From contig NW_003314261.1 of the NCBI RefSeq assembly GCF_000143415.4, forward strand, positions 5,296,360 to 5,360,359: a DNA stretch of 64,000 bases, written 5' to 3'. The notes under the pieces are model-generated. The model was given only the letters and a program-made list of their open reading frames with translations, was not told where the DNA came from and did no database searches. Shown here one piece after another: positions 36,901 to 49,600 of this stretch. The translations under genes were made by a program, and so were the position numbers. Origin of the DNA: Selaginella moellendorffii. Taxonomy: Eukaryota > Plantae > Lycopodiophyta. Position 1 is the first letter of the stretch. The number at the start of each line of letters is the position of its first letter.

Positions 36901-38388
36901 TGTATATTTGCCAAGGGTGGATATGTTAATTACTCAAGTTTTATTCCACTATCATGATTGTCCAGAGGCCGGTCATTTTGGGGGGAAGAAGACGTATGAG
37001 TTAATTAAGCACAACTTTTATTGGAGGAATATGAAGACTGATATCCTCAAGTATTGTAAATCATGCGAGCTTTGTCAACGGGTTAAAGTGCCACGGGAGA
37101 AGCCAGGGGGACTCTTACAACCTTTACCTATTCCTCAAAGCCATTGGTGTAGTATCTCTATAGACTTCATCACTTGTTTGCCATAAACACAAAGGCAAAA
37201 GGAGCAAGTATGGGTCATAGTGGATCGGTTGACGAAGTATGTGCGATTGTTGGCTTTTCGGAAGACTGTCACTACCTCAGACTTAGCTGCGGTTTACTTG
37301 GAGAAGGTTTTTCCTGATTTTGGTTTGCCAGAGGATATCATTAGTGATCGAGATTCAAAGTTCACCAGTGGATTTTGGAAAAGCTTTGCAAAGGCTATGC
37401 AAGTGACTTTGAAACTCTCGAGTGGAGATCATCCTCAGGCAGATAGGCAAACTGAGCGTGTGAATCAGGTGGTGGAGGATATGCTACATTGTAGCATTGG
37501 TCAAAGGCAAGGACAATGGGATCTATATTTTCCGTTGATGCAATTTTCTTACAACAATAGCCAACACAGTGGAGCAAGCTAAGTCCTTACTGTGCCATGT
37601 TTGGAAGGCATCCTCGAACAGCGTTGGAGTTAAGATTGCATTTGAGTAAGGACGTTCAAGATAAGCTTGATTTCGAGGCTACTAATCTGGCCACAGAACT
37701 TGATGAGATTCTGGTGGTGTGCAAACATAATTTGCAAGTAGCTCAGAATAGAGCGGAGAAGTTTGCCAATGAGCATTACCAATTCTGGGAATATAAGGTG
37801 GGTGATCTCGTCTTTGTGCAAGTGATCTTTCCGTCAAGTGAGCGGCGGAATACCTTGGTGCCTTTACAAATAGGGAAGAGTGATAAAATTTCCTATCGAT
37901 ATGCTGGTCTATATGAAGTGCTAGAGCGCATTGGTAAAGCGGCTTATCGGGTGCGGCTGCCAGCTGGGGTGAAAATTCATCCGGTATTTTATGTCAGCCA
38001 GTTGAAAGGTGTACTATCTCGGAGTGAAGGGCCCAATGCCTCCTTGATGTATACGGCTGTGGAAGATGGATCAGGAGCTTGAGCAAGGTTCCCCAGAAAG
38101 GGTGATCACCGGTACAACTCGTCCTTGGGACAAGGACTTTGTTAGGGGGGAAGAATTGTTAGGCGCCAGCTTTGACTATGTGGTCAACATTGGTCAAAGG
38201 GAGGCTCAAGGTATATTAAGGCATGTTAGGGTAAGGGACTTAACCTACCCTAGGGCTCACAGTGGAGCGGTGGCGCAGTGGAGCTTTTGAGGTAGCTTGG
38301 GGGTGGTTGGGTGGTGAGGAACCTCAAGAGGTGGTGTAGCATATTCTAGGGCGACTAGATCTCTGTCTTTTTGCGCCGGATCATAGCA
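33934..38388 (+). mobile_element. Complete-ended Ty3/gypsy element D (232 bp LTRs), gag largely absent, pol degenerate
   Basis: LTRs 33934-34165 and 38157-38388 (about 12 mismatches by eye), TSD AACTC, PBS TGGTATCAGAG at 34167, PPT AGGGGGGAAGAA. PR LLDSGS, RT FLDD, RH and INT present. Confidence 0.97.
35956..36379. mobile_element. Solo LTR (424 bp) nested in the RNase H of element D
   Basis: TG...CA termini and perfect TSD GAGAT. Removal restores 'KPYEMTCDASG'. Confidence 0.9.
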
Positions 38389-39704
38389 AACTCGATAATG
38401 TCAAAAGCTCCACAGATCAGCTGGGTCGCGTCGATGGCCATGAGCGCTCTTGCCATTTCAAACGCCTCCTGCAAGTCCAAGCCCATGACTCCGTCCTTAG
38501 CATCCATAGACACTACAAACAAGATGGTTACGGAAAGCAAGAATGAATGAACTGGCCTCACAAAGAAAATCTCTCCCGCAATACACAAGTGCAGAGAAAT
38601 CATTTGGCACTTCATCAAAAGAGACTGTATAAAAGAATCACAAACCTGGATGGAACCGACACAGCAGTTACGATTACCCATCGACCAATAACTGTTTGCA
38701 GCCTGATTAAGGTTCTCGGGCTAGGGTGGCCTTCACCTGCGATGTGATTGTCAATCCTCGAGAATAATAGCTGCATGCAAGCTTACCTGAACATATAGGC
38801 CTTCCATAAACCCTGCAGACACACAAATGGCTATGTTGCACAAATGAGAAAGGAGGAGCTACCAGATGCGCAAAAGGTTTTAACCGCTGGTGAGCAGCTC
38901 AAGGACTTCGCTCTTGGAGCGTGAATCGAAGAGCTCCAAAGTGTCAAGCATCTTATAAGAGATAATCACTGACAACTGCTCCAAAACAACAAAAGAATCT
39001 CTATCTAGCTAACGTATCGTGACCAAGCAGCGTCCGGAAAACTCTACAGCTTGCATCGTAGGCTTTGCCACTGAAAGCTTCTTCAAAGCACTGCAGCAAA
39101 ACCAAAGTCAGCCAGCTCCTCTCTACTAGCGAAGCCTACTGGGATAAGTAAAGGTCAAAGGTCCTTTCCCACATCCCTTAGCTTGATTGCCCCCAATCTC
39201 TTGCTGAACTCTACTCTGCCACTTTCAAACATCTGAGTGAAACCCCAATGGAAGAAAAGGTTTATTATTGAAGAGCATACATTAAGGGATACATGAAGGA
39301 TTCATGGACAGGTCAGAAGTACGTCGGGGATTCAAGCTGTGGCTGGAGGTCAAAATGTGGGAAAGGACCTTTGAATGGAGCATAACTCCCACTCTATTGG
39401 AACATCTGTCTGGCTTGGCAAGATTGTCAATGGCTGAACAGGACGAGCAAACCAACCTCCATGTCATGCTGTGAAGAATCCCTTACATGCATTGAGGACT
39501 TGTTTAGTGAGAATGTAACTAAAAGCATCAATTTAAATTTCATCCACCCCAAAAAAAGTAAACAGGTCTTCCAAAGTAATGGTGAGGCCAGTTCATTCAG
39601 TGCAAGGTAAAAGAAGTGTAGTAGCTAAAGTCAAAAACTACAATATGCTCATGTTCAAAGCTTTCAAGCGTTGGAAGCTTTGAAGGATCTCAAGGAGGAA
39701 TATG

Positions 39705-40667
39705 TGTTAAGCACTAGATTAGGATAATAGAATAAAGAAAAGGCCCTGTGATTACCCTTTTATTCAGTTGGTTTAGGGTGTAAGAGATAGGATTTTAACA
39801 TTGGTATTAGAGATTTTAAACAATGAAAGTAAACAACTTGAGAGACAATTTATAAGGTTTAAATATAAAGGGAAAGGGCCCATGAACAATAATGCATCTC
39901 TTTTTCTAATCAGTTAAGGATTTTGTGATACTTGGGGTTAAATGTCCTTGGGTTTGAATAGTATTAGGTTGGATGACCTCCCAGAAGTCCAAACTCAAGA
40001 GTGTACATTTAGTATTAGAAAGGGTCTCAAGTCTGACTCCCTTGGTTGGTTTAAGGGAATCGCACCACATATTAATTGATATTTGGTAAGTTTAATTTGT
40101 TCTCTCTTGGAAGTCTAGACTTAGGAGCATACATTTAGTGAGAGGGTCTTAAGTCCGATTTTTTTGGTTAGTTAAAGGAATTGCATCACATGTTGATTGA
40201 CATTTGGTAAGTTCAATTTGCTTTGGTTGAACTCAACCCGAGGGGTAGGGTGTCAAGAAAGCAAGGCTCTCGGAAAAGTTGTAGCTCTCAACTTTTGTTC
40301 ATGAGGGCATGAATTTATAGGAAAGCATAGTGGATTGTATGCAACCACAAAGAATGATTTGAGAGATAATCTATAGGGTTCAAATATAAAGGAAAAATAC
40401 CTATAAAAAAGTGATCACCCCTTTAACCAATTGGCTTAGGGTGTAAAGGATAGGATCCTAACATTGGTATTGGAACTCAATTCTCTTGGGGTTTGGTAGA
40501 CCCCAAGAGAAGGACCATGGTGACCAGAAGGTGGCCTAAGTATGATTGTGGATAATCATTCCTTGACAAAAGGAGGATTGTTAAGCATTAGGTCAAGATA
40601 ATAGGATAAAGAAAGGGCTTTGCAATAAAGTGATCACCCCTTTAGCCAATTGGATATGATCTTAACA
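39705..40667 (+). mobile_element. Degenerate TRIM-like tandem array of ~90-100 bp LTRs
   Basis: TGTTAAG...TTAACA units at 39705-39800 and 40579-40667, and a third ending at 40463. PBS-like TGGTATT follows two of them; PPT AAAAGGAGGA precedes the last. No coding sequence. Confidence 0.65.
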
Positions 40668-42609
40668 ACATGGCAATAAGATCTTTTAGCAATTCATGGG
40701 TAACTATTTTCATCCATTGTTTTGATAAGCTAACTAATGACTCAAGATACATGAAAAAATATCATCCCCATAGGCTTGTTAACCAAACCTTTTTCAACTA
40801 CTATAAGATGGTGCCAATGGATAGTAGCAATAAAGATCATAACACTAAGAGGATACTTGTGGACAGCAACAACAAGAATGACGACATCACATGGGCATTC
40901 ATTCCTATATATTGGGATAACAAACAGATTTCATGACTATGATATCTATTTTGGTTTTAGTTGTGGAGAGAACACAAACTTTGGCCAAGTTGGATGGTGG
41001 CAGCCATTTCCTAATTATGTGCTATAATTTTCTAAAAAAAATAAATTGTATTATAAAATTTTACAAATGGTAAAATATAATAAGCAAAATAATATTTCAA
41101 ATTATACTTTCTTATATAAAAATCATTTTATAATATTTATGTTTTGTGTTATTCTATGAATTTATTTCTCCTCATATTTTCACCAAAAAAAGATATAATA
41201 TCAAACTATAAGGCTTATAAATATATGTTTCTTTTGTTTATTCTTCATCTGTAGTATTTCCTTCTCCTAGCACATTAATCATTTATAACTTATATAATTT
41301 TCATTCTTAATTTAATGTTGAGTTGGGTGTTTTTTAATCTTCTTCATACTAATTTAGATGTTGAGCATGTGTATGAAGTTGAGAATATTGCTTTTGTTTC
41401 ATTGGTAGAATCTTTAATCAATTCTAGTGTTCAATATTCCCATGTTAAGTCACTTTAATTAAAGTTTCAAATTGAGTGTATATCCCCACATATGAGTCCC
41501 ATGAAGAGCCTTTATTTTACTATTACTGCTAATAAGTTTATAAATTCCCTTAAGAGTGTGGACATTTTTATTGATTTTCTAATCTTAAATGTTGAGTTAT
41601 ATGTCGAGGAGGTTAAACAATGTGATTTTTTTGCTTATATTGTGGTGACCAAAGTATTTTATGACATCTTATTTTTCAAACTTTAGACATATATCCTTTT
41701 TTTTATTTCCTTATTTCCATATTGCCAACTACTGAAAATTCCTCTTTCGATACTATATTATTTGCTTTTTTTCTTCCATAATGGTTTTTCCATTTTTTCT
41801 CTCTTTTTCCTTTTTGCCCCTGATTCTTTAAACTTTTTTTTCTTCGAAGGGGGTAAAGAGGACAAATGATGGAGTGAGGATGAGTAGATGTAATAATGGA
41901 GTAAGGATAAATAACATGGATTATAGAGTGAGGTGAGTATAGTGAATTCAAACAGAATATCCAACCTTGATGTTTTGAGGTCGAAAAAATATGATAGTGG
42001 AGTGAAGTTAAACATAAATGGTAGAATGAGAATGAATGTAATAAGTCTAAATAAAGTTAATGCTTTATAATGTTTTTTCCTTTGAGAAGGGGATAAAGAG
42101 GATGTGGAAGATAAATAGAGTGAGTTTAATCTCCCATATGTAGTGTTAGACAAAAATAAAGTTGTGAGTCCAAATCAACACAAGTTTAAGATATTGATCA
42201 AAATGAAGATAAAGAGGCAAGTTTTGCTTATGGTTGTGAGTCCAAGTTAACAATTGTCTCAAACGATTGTCAGCAAACAGATTTGGAGATGAAATGTAAC
42301 ATTTGTTGCAATGGTGCTTTATGGACTGCAATGGCTTCAAAGTCTCTTGTTTAAATTCAAATTATGGCTTGAAGGTTGGTTTGGGCATTTAGCAGTTGTA
42401 CATGGAGTTGCCTTTGGTTCATCAGGATTCTCTAGTCAATTGATGTTTATACTATAAATTTGGGTTTTGTTTTATTTATGGTTATTAATGGTGGTTTTAG
42501 GAGCTTTAAATTCTTATAGTAGTCTTCAATTGCCTAGCAGAAGCTCTAGATGTTCCACTTGACTCATCATCATCACTTTCTTCATCTTTTGGACAGGAGG
42601 ATAGTGTTA

Positions 42610-42868
<259 letters not shown>

Positions 42869-43195
42869 TATTTATTTAAGAAATTATTATAAACTCTAAA
42901 TTATTAGTAATGAGGTTTAGATTCCCAAACATATATTACCATTTCTAGCATTACAATTATTATGAATACAAAGATAAGGAGCAACACAATTTGGTTCTGG
43001 TAAACAAAATGTACTAATAGACTAGAGTGTAATATCAAAACTATTATAAAGAACAAGTTTTCCATCAATTTTTACTTAAAATTAGTTTAAGATTAAATAT
43101 TACAAAACTTTTTGAATAAATAATGGTTTTACAATCTCATTGAGAAAAAATAGACTTCTCTAGATACAAACTTTGATTAGGTATTGCAAAATGTT

Positions 43196-43295
43196 NNNNN
43201 NNNNNNNNNNNNNNNNNNNNNNNNNNNNNNNNNNNNNNNNNNNNNNNNNNNNNNNNNNNNNNNNNNNNNNNNNNNNNNNNNNNNNNNNNNNNNNN
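43196..43295. other. Assembly gap (100 N)
   Basis: Run of N. Confidence 0.99.
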
Positions 43296-43305
43296 ATATA
43301 TGCAA

Positions 43306-44254
43306 TGTGAGTGCATGGAATATGGAAAGAGGAATATAAAAAATGTGCATATCAATTAGCCCAAAAACCTTAGCTTATATACAGGAGCGAGTGGTCCAAA
43401 TTGAAACCAATCCAACGGCTACCAAATTCCCACTACACTAATATTAGTATATGGCATTGTAGCCATACACTTAGCCCTCACATCATCCCCTCCTCTCGGA
43501 ATAATAGAAGACTATTAGGGTTCTCTTGTAGATGGATTGGGATTGGGAAGAACGTCAAGAGGAGGCATTAGCAGATCTATAGGTGGTATTAATTGCTCCT
43601 AATCCCTTGGTATTAAGTGTTTCAACCGTTACACATGCATAATCTCTGAAGGATCGGTCTACTATACGTCATGCCAAACTTTATAAACTTGTGGTCCAAC
43701 TTGCCGCAACACCTGATACAGTCCTTTTCACTGAGCAAGGAGCCCCTTAGATAAACCACGTACCGTAAGATGGGGAAAATGGACTAACACCAAATTAGCA
43801 CCATTGTTGTCCCATTTGTACGTGGCCTAAGTGTTTAGCAAACTTTGCTCAGACAAGTGGAAGAATGCTCATCAAATACTGATCCCACAACCTAGCATTA
43901 GTAGCTTGTGGCAATCGCAAAGGTAAACCTAGCTCTATTGGTAATATTGGATCATGACCATATAAGAGTTTATTTAGTGAAGCACCAACAGAACTTTACA
44001 CCCCTGTGATATATGCATACCAAAAAGATGGCAAATAACCATCCCAAACCAAATGCTGAAAGTTCACATACTTCGTAATCATCCCTTTGAACGTCTGAAC
44101 AAATCGTTCCACCAAACCATTTGATTGTGGATGATAAGCACTCATGAAAGTGTGGCATATCCCCAACCGAGATGTCAAAACATGAAATGCCTTAGCCATA
44201 AATACAAGACTATTATCTGAAAGAATCTGCTCTAGACAAGAATGCTGGAACACC
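43306..44254 (-). mobile_element. 3' end of a short-LTR gypsy element (integrase C-terminal part, PPT, 3' LTR 43306-43482)
   Basis: 'SAYHPQSNGLVERFVQT' motif, PPT GAGAGGAGGGGA, LTR homologous to 27999-28174. Confidence 0.85.
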
Positions 44255-44495
44255 TGTCAGGAATCCCCCAATTCTTGCCACATTCCTGACTCTCGCCAGA
44301 TTCCTGACTTGCAACCACATTCCTGACTCTCGAGACACTTCCCTATTCTTGACTCTCTAATTTTCCATACAATTCCTGATTCCCAAATCACATTTCTGAT
44401 GATGATGTGGCACCTCCTCGACCTTAGCTATATTTAAGCCGTCCTCGATCCAAGAATGGTGGAGCTTTATCAACCTATAATATATAGAGGTTAAC
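44255..44495 (+). mobile_element. Partial LTR (U3) of the chromovirus family at 21407-26645
   Basis: Reverse-complement match to 26380-26645 starting TGTCAGGAATCCCCC. Confidence 0.88.
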
Positions 44496-44564
44496 ATATT
44501 TTCAGACCCATAGACTAAACCTCCAAAGCAAGGAAGCTCTTGTAACTCAAATTGGTACATAGGA

Positions 44565-45907
44565 TTAATTCGTTTTGACTTTCTCACTGAACTTTGCCAT
44601 TGTTTCAGGAGGAAGGAACACCGTGACTTCAATGGCTTTCCCACCTCTCGGTGACGGGTCGTAGAAGCAGAAGCCGTTCCACAGCTTCGTAGCGTGTCGA
44701 ACAGCGGCTGGTTTCCCCCATCCAAAGTCCAGACTATACATTGGAAATCTTGGAGAGCTGCCACCCCAGGTATCCACACCATCTGTCACGCCTTTGCTGA
44801 ACGGGTTACTCCCTTTGGTGTTTTCGTTGTAGATGGCAATTGCGGAGCGGATCTCATACTCGTGATTGCCTCGTGGACAACAGCTCCCGTGAATGGAAGG
44901 CCTCCAGTCACAAGTTCCCCGGCTGTGGACTCGGCCAGCGCACAGAACACACAGTTTCCAAAGTAGCCCGCCAGGAGAGGAGTGCTCAGCCGGCTTCTAC
45001 AGTTGAGTGGAAGCTGATGGCTGGTTTTCTGAGATGCTGGAAGATGGCGAGCCTTGCAAAGTGCTATCCAGACCTGTGACGCCACGACCTCGAACGCTGA
45101 GAAACTACCCGACGCCAAGAACTTAAGCCTCTCGATAGTCCCGTCGTCGAACTCGAAGATCTTGGCCTCCATGCCATTGGAAACCTCCTCGAAGACATAT
45201 GAAAGGGAACTGGTCGGGGTTATGCTGGAGAACTGCTCGTGCTGCTGCTCGAAAAACCGGTCGTGAGTTGGAGGCATGGAGATGGAAAGGCCTCGACAGA
45301 TCTCGGACCAGGAACACATGAATTGCCACAACGAGCTGCCGTCCATGACGAGATGATCAAACGACCAAGCAACACACACGCCTCCGCAGCGAAACTCAGT
45401 CACCAGTTCTTCACGAGATCAAACGCGAGAAAAAAGTCTTTTTGCGGGATCTTTACCTGGATAGTGATGAAAGGTATGTTGGTCGACAAGCCACTAAACT
45501 CATAGTTTCCTCTTTTGATCAGCTTGGAGGACCACGGCCGGGGCTGGGAGTAATCGAGCTCCTCCAGGGAGACTTGCATCAGCGACGCAGAACTCAACGC
45601 CGGCTCCGCTGCAAGAGATCACAGGTCTGTCTCCCTCGTTTTGGATCTCTAGCCTTCCAGCTAAGGGATAGAAATCTACCAGGACTTTGGCCAAGCACGC
45701 CTTCATCCTCTCAATCAAGCTCTCGTTACTGCTACTGCTACCGCCTTTGGATTCGAAGAAGCAAACGAGCTGGAGGTAAAGCATGCTGCTTCTCTTTTGC
45801 ATTATGTCGAGAGCCGTGAATGGAAGCTTGGAGCAGTGACCATCTTCCAGTTTCTTCTCGGGAGAGATCTTTGAGACTTGGCGCTCTTGCACTTCAAAGC
45901 TCGCCGT
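44565..45907 (-). pseudogene. BAHD acyltransferase pseudogene
   Basis: 'FYPLAGRL', HXXXD 'HLVMD', 'GYFGN', 'DFGWG'. Frameshift near 45570, stop at 44786, apparent start codon ACG. Confidence 0.9.
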
Positions 45908-46389
45908 GGCCGGAAGTGCGAGACTAGAGAGGGAAGAACAGCACTAGTTTGTGTGTCCCAGCTTTTGGCATCTTTTAGGATATGCATTACTCTGAGAATT
46001 TACCATCAATACATATATATATTCTGGGATTTGAAAACGAACCACCCCAATATTTACCGGCAATCAATGATCACCTCAAAGCAATACAAGCAGTGCATTC
46101 CAAGGTGCAACAACGCTTTAGAAGGTGTGATAATATATTCTAGTGTGTGATTTTATTAGTTTTTTCTAGGCATTGAGAATGCTCTCTAAGGCAAAAGGTT
46201 TGCTTCTTTCTTCTCTTGTTTAAGACTTAACTCGTGGAAGTTATAGGAAGTCATGGTCAAAGCGACGACGTCGTGGAGAAGGCTGCCATTCACAACTCTA
46301 GGTATATTTCTTAAAAATTAGCTGCTCCTATGCCTGGATGAGGCGAAGCGTCCGTTTTGCGAGCATGGCACTCCAATCTCGCTTAAAGC

Positions 46390-47712
46390 TCAAACTCTGT
46401 CAAGAAAACAAAAGAAAAACTCAGAGTTCAATTCCCTGATATCCTTACCTTTCAGAGGATGAGCTTTCGTCCAATCGTAGCAAACAGTCATCAAACCAGC
46501 AATGTCCACACACCCGACGTAAACGACGGCTTTGCGGTGCGTGAGCCCAGCCTCGAGAGCTGAAGACAAAAAGAAACAACAGTTAGACAGTATCAATCCT
46601 CCGCCAAGAATATCCAAACCTTTCCCGAAGTCGGGATCGTCCTCGACTCGTCGTTGGAACTTGTCGCGGATGGCAGTCTGATCGAGCCTCCTCTCTCCCT
46701 TCTTCTTCTTCTTCGTCGATCGAGTATCACGAGCCGGGATCTCCTCGAATTCCACCACCACTCCGCCAAGACTTCCTTCATCGTCAAGGACAGGGGCACC
46801 AACCTCCACCGTGCTCTCCACCGGAAGCATCACCATGCGGTAAGGCACGCACTCACCAGTTGTGAGGGTTCGATCCTCAAGGAAGATGCCCGCCACGCAC
46901 TTGATGTCCCCGGACTCTGGGTCGCGCTTCCAGCTGTAGGCATCCCCCGACCTGGCAACCCAGTCAGTCCAGTTGATGCAATAGTTGAAGCTGACGGGTT
47001 TGGTCGGCGTCAGGATGGCGAGCTGTTCGATCGCTTCCTCGTAAGTCACCACGCACTCGTACACCAGTGGTGGATCCGGAAACACCAGGACGTGCTTGCC
47101 GGAGGTGGAGCTACGGTCGCAGCACACAGCGGCGGTGAAGCAAGATCCATCGGGCTTCACCAAGGCGGCCAGGCCCCTGTAGTTGTCATCGCTCGGCTCG
47201 TCGTCACCCTCCACAAAGTGCAGGCGAGCCACCATCTTGGAGACCCTGGACTGCAACACGCTGCGAACTTGCTCTGGCTTCATGCCCTCTGGCTCCAGCT
47301 CCTTGACGTACGACCACAGGCCCGCGACGTTGCTCATGAACGCCTTGTATCGCCTCGACTCTGCGGCCTCTCTCCTTTGCCTCTTCCTTGCCACCAGATC
47401 CTTCTCGTCTTTCTGCCGGATGAGATCCTGGACGGGAGGGTGCTCGTAAGTAGCGGCAGAGCAGCGGCGGCCGGTGATGAGGAGCGCTTGGTCCCGGCTA
47501 CTACCGTCACCCTGGTCCTGGATCATCGCGGCGATGTCGTCGAGGGAGAGCATCGAGTTGCCGTCGGGGCCTGGGACTAGAGCGCAGTCGCCGATGCGGA
47601 GGGAGTCCGGGTCCAGGCCCCAGTGGCGAGCGATGGCACCCACCATGAGTTTGGAGCCATCCAAAGGGAATCGCAGCGCCTCGTCACCCCGCTTCACCCA
47701 CACCACCGCCAT
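46390..47712 (-). CDS. Paralog of 28865-30286: header domain plus degenerate trypsin-like domain; probable 60 bp intron at 46560-46619
   Basis: Identical blocks 'IARHWGLDPDSLRI', 'LQSRVSKMVARLHFVEGDDEPS', 'YSWKRDPESGDIKCV', and a conserved GT-AG intron position. Confidence 0.82.
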   Translation of the reverse strand: MAVVWVKRGDEALRFPLDGSKLMVGAIARHWGLDPDSLRIGDCALVPGPDGNSMLSLDDIAAMIQDQGDGSSRDQALLITGRRCSAATYEHPPVQDLIRQKDEKDLVARKRQRREAAESRRYKAFMSNVAGLWSYVKELEPEGMKPEQVRSVLQSRVSKMVARLHFVEGDDEPSDDNYRGLAALVKPDGSCFTAAVCCDRSSTSGKHVLVFPDPPLVYECVVTYEEAIEQLAILTPTKPVSFNYCINWTDWVARSGDAYSWKRDPESGDIKCVAGIFLEDRTLTTGECVPYRMVMLPVESTVEVGAPVLDDEGSLGGVVVEFEEIPARDTRSTKKKKKGERRLDQTAIRDKFQRRVEDDPDFGKGLDILGGGLILSNCCFFLSSALEAGLTHRKAVVYVGCVDIAGLMTVCYDWTKAHPLKGKDIRELNSEFFFCFLDRV

Positions 47713-48975
47713 AGCTCGCTTAGATCAGGAACCCTAAATCTGCTCGCGACGGCATTAAGTCCTGAAGCGATCTGGGAATGGGAAAGCGAAGATTTCATTG
47801 ATATGTTTTGTCGCCATCACTCCAACCGAGCAAAACGTCGAGATGTCCATTACCATGCAGGTCATTGACGATTCGTGAAAGTCCATTACCATCCAAGGTT
47901 TAATTTTGCTTCTCCTGTCTTCTGTATGGATTTGGGAAGACACGGACTACATTGGCAATCTTTTTTAAAATGATATTTCTAAATCTTTTGATTTCATGTT
48001 TCATGGTGGGCATATATAAATGAATGAATGATTCAAGGAACTTTCTTCTGGGATTAAAAACGATTGAACAGGACACGCACGCTTTTCGTCACACCAGAGT
48101 TTGCAAACCTTGCTTGGCTACGCTTTCTCTTTGCCTTTTCGGCTGCCACCACTAAGAGGAGCCCCGGGAGGCGGCGGGACCGCCTCGACCCCTGCTGCTA
48201 CTGCCACCTCTGCCGCGGCTGCCACCATCACCCGGCCACGGTTGCTAACTCCCCCATCACCTCAGCGGCTGCTGCCACCGCCGCCATCACCTCGACGGCT
48301 GTTGCCACCTCCACTGTTCCGCTCCCACCAGCTGCTCCACCGCTCGTACTAGCTCCACGTAGAGCGCTCATGCAAGCGTAAGATTTTCCCTACTAGAGCG
48401 CTTCTGATGTCGATCATCTTTTCACGGCCCCAAAATGCTGGAACTTCAATCCCGCTGGAGCCACGCTCCCTAGCTCCTAAACAACGGATCGCTTGCCTGA
48501 CAAGATCCCCAGAAATGTAGCTCCTCCTCGTCAAGAGCCCTAATCTGCGGGTGTAAATATCATCTAAGATATTCCTTAAAGTAAATCTTGCAATTTTATT
48601 ACTTAGACCCCTAACACTTCTACAGTATAAAGAGTACTTTAGTTCCATGCAACACGTTCAGGTTTTTTTTAGGTTGAGGTTATTTGGATTTGTATGAAAG
48701 AGAAAAAAAAGTTCATATTACTGATTTGGCCAAAAAGGCCAGCGTTCATGCTCCAGGTTGTGCTGCAAAAAGAAAAAAAACTAAATTTGAACTAATAGTG
48801 CACAGTTGGCATTATACGCCAATTTCTCCTAGTATCATCCTAAGACTGACAAATGGCTTGAAGTATGTAATACTAATTCTAATTGCAACTTGCTTATGTG
48901 TCACTGACTAGCATCTCTCAGTCTAGCGCCCTGTACCGCTGGGACTTTCTCCGTGTGTCGTTGCTCCTTGATCGG

Positions 48976-49508
48976 TCAGAACTCCTTCAGAGGATACACT
49001 TTGTCCTCCTCGTCCGTCGCGTCTCTCTGCGCGTAGTACTGCTGGTCGACCTCCGGGAGGTATGCCAAGAAGTGATACCGCCTCCCTAGCTTCATCAGCT
49101 CCGTGCTTACTGGGAGAAAAGGCATGTCCTTTTCGATCTGCAGCATCGCGATCTCATGCTCCTCATCCACAGCAACAAACGTAGCGCTCATCCTGGCCGG
49201 ATCCGTGGGGAAAAGAACTGCCCATTTGCACCGGAAAGGGTCGTAGCCGGAGAGAGCAGGGAGTGGCACGAAGCAACGCCTGCAAATCAAGGCGAGGGAG
49301 CAGCATGGATTTCTAGCCAGGAATCAAGAGAAAGTTCTCACCTTGGATCCACCATGACGACAGTCGTGATCGTTGTGACAGAAGAGAGGAAGCTCTCCTC
49401 GTCAGTCTTGAGGTAGAGCCGACCCAGTGCCGATCGTGCATCGCGGAAATCATCGTCTTCCACCTCGAATCTTCCATAGCGCCGAGCCCTCTCGCTGCTG
49501 GAAGCCAT
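48976..49508 (-). pseudogene. Truncated, divergent trypsin-like family member (exons 49508-49342, 49279-48976)
   Basis: Spliced frame MASSSERARRY...ALGRLYLK...VVMVDPRRCFV...WAVLF...AVDEEHEIAMLQI resembles the first barrel of the two paralogs. Confidence 0.5.
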
Positions 49509-49600
49509 CAATTGGTAGAAGACTAGGGTTTAAGGGGGTTTTACTAGAAAGAACTGTTTTTTATGCTCCGGCCAGAGGTTCTTTTCTTTCGCGCGCGGCC

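Larger units (their letters stand above)
33230..39300 (-). pseudogene. Multi-exon gene relic of unknown function, interrupted by LTR element D
   Basis: Short exon/intron pattern on the minus strand. An exon reads through the empty site as 'EAFEMARALMAIDATQLICGAFDIIE|LAINCDCLVYT'. Apparent stops and frameshifts elsewhere. Confidence 0.45.

Noticed and set aside
40670-42550. Transposase or gene in the AT-rich block
   Set aside because: No conserved motifs or termini recognised; probably an old decayed repeat.
46654-47580. 308 aa plus-strand ORF (and 57736-58728 minus-strand ORF)
   Set aside because: Antisense shadows of GC-rich genes on the opposite strand.
48064-48648. Pro/Ala-rich ORFs and a LINE-like 'SVRGL' start
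   Set aside because: Low-complexity GCC-rich sequence and a single weak motif; insufficient evidence.
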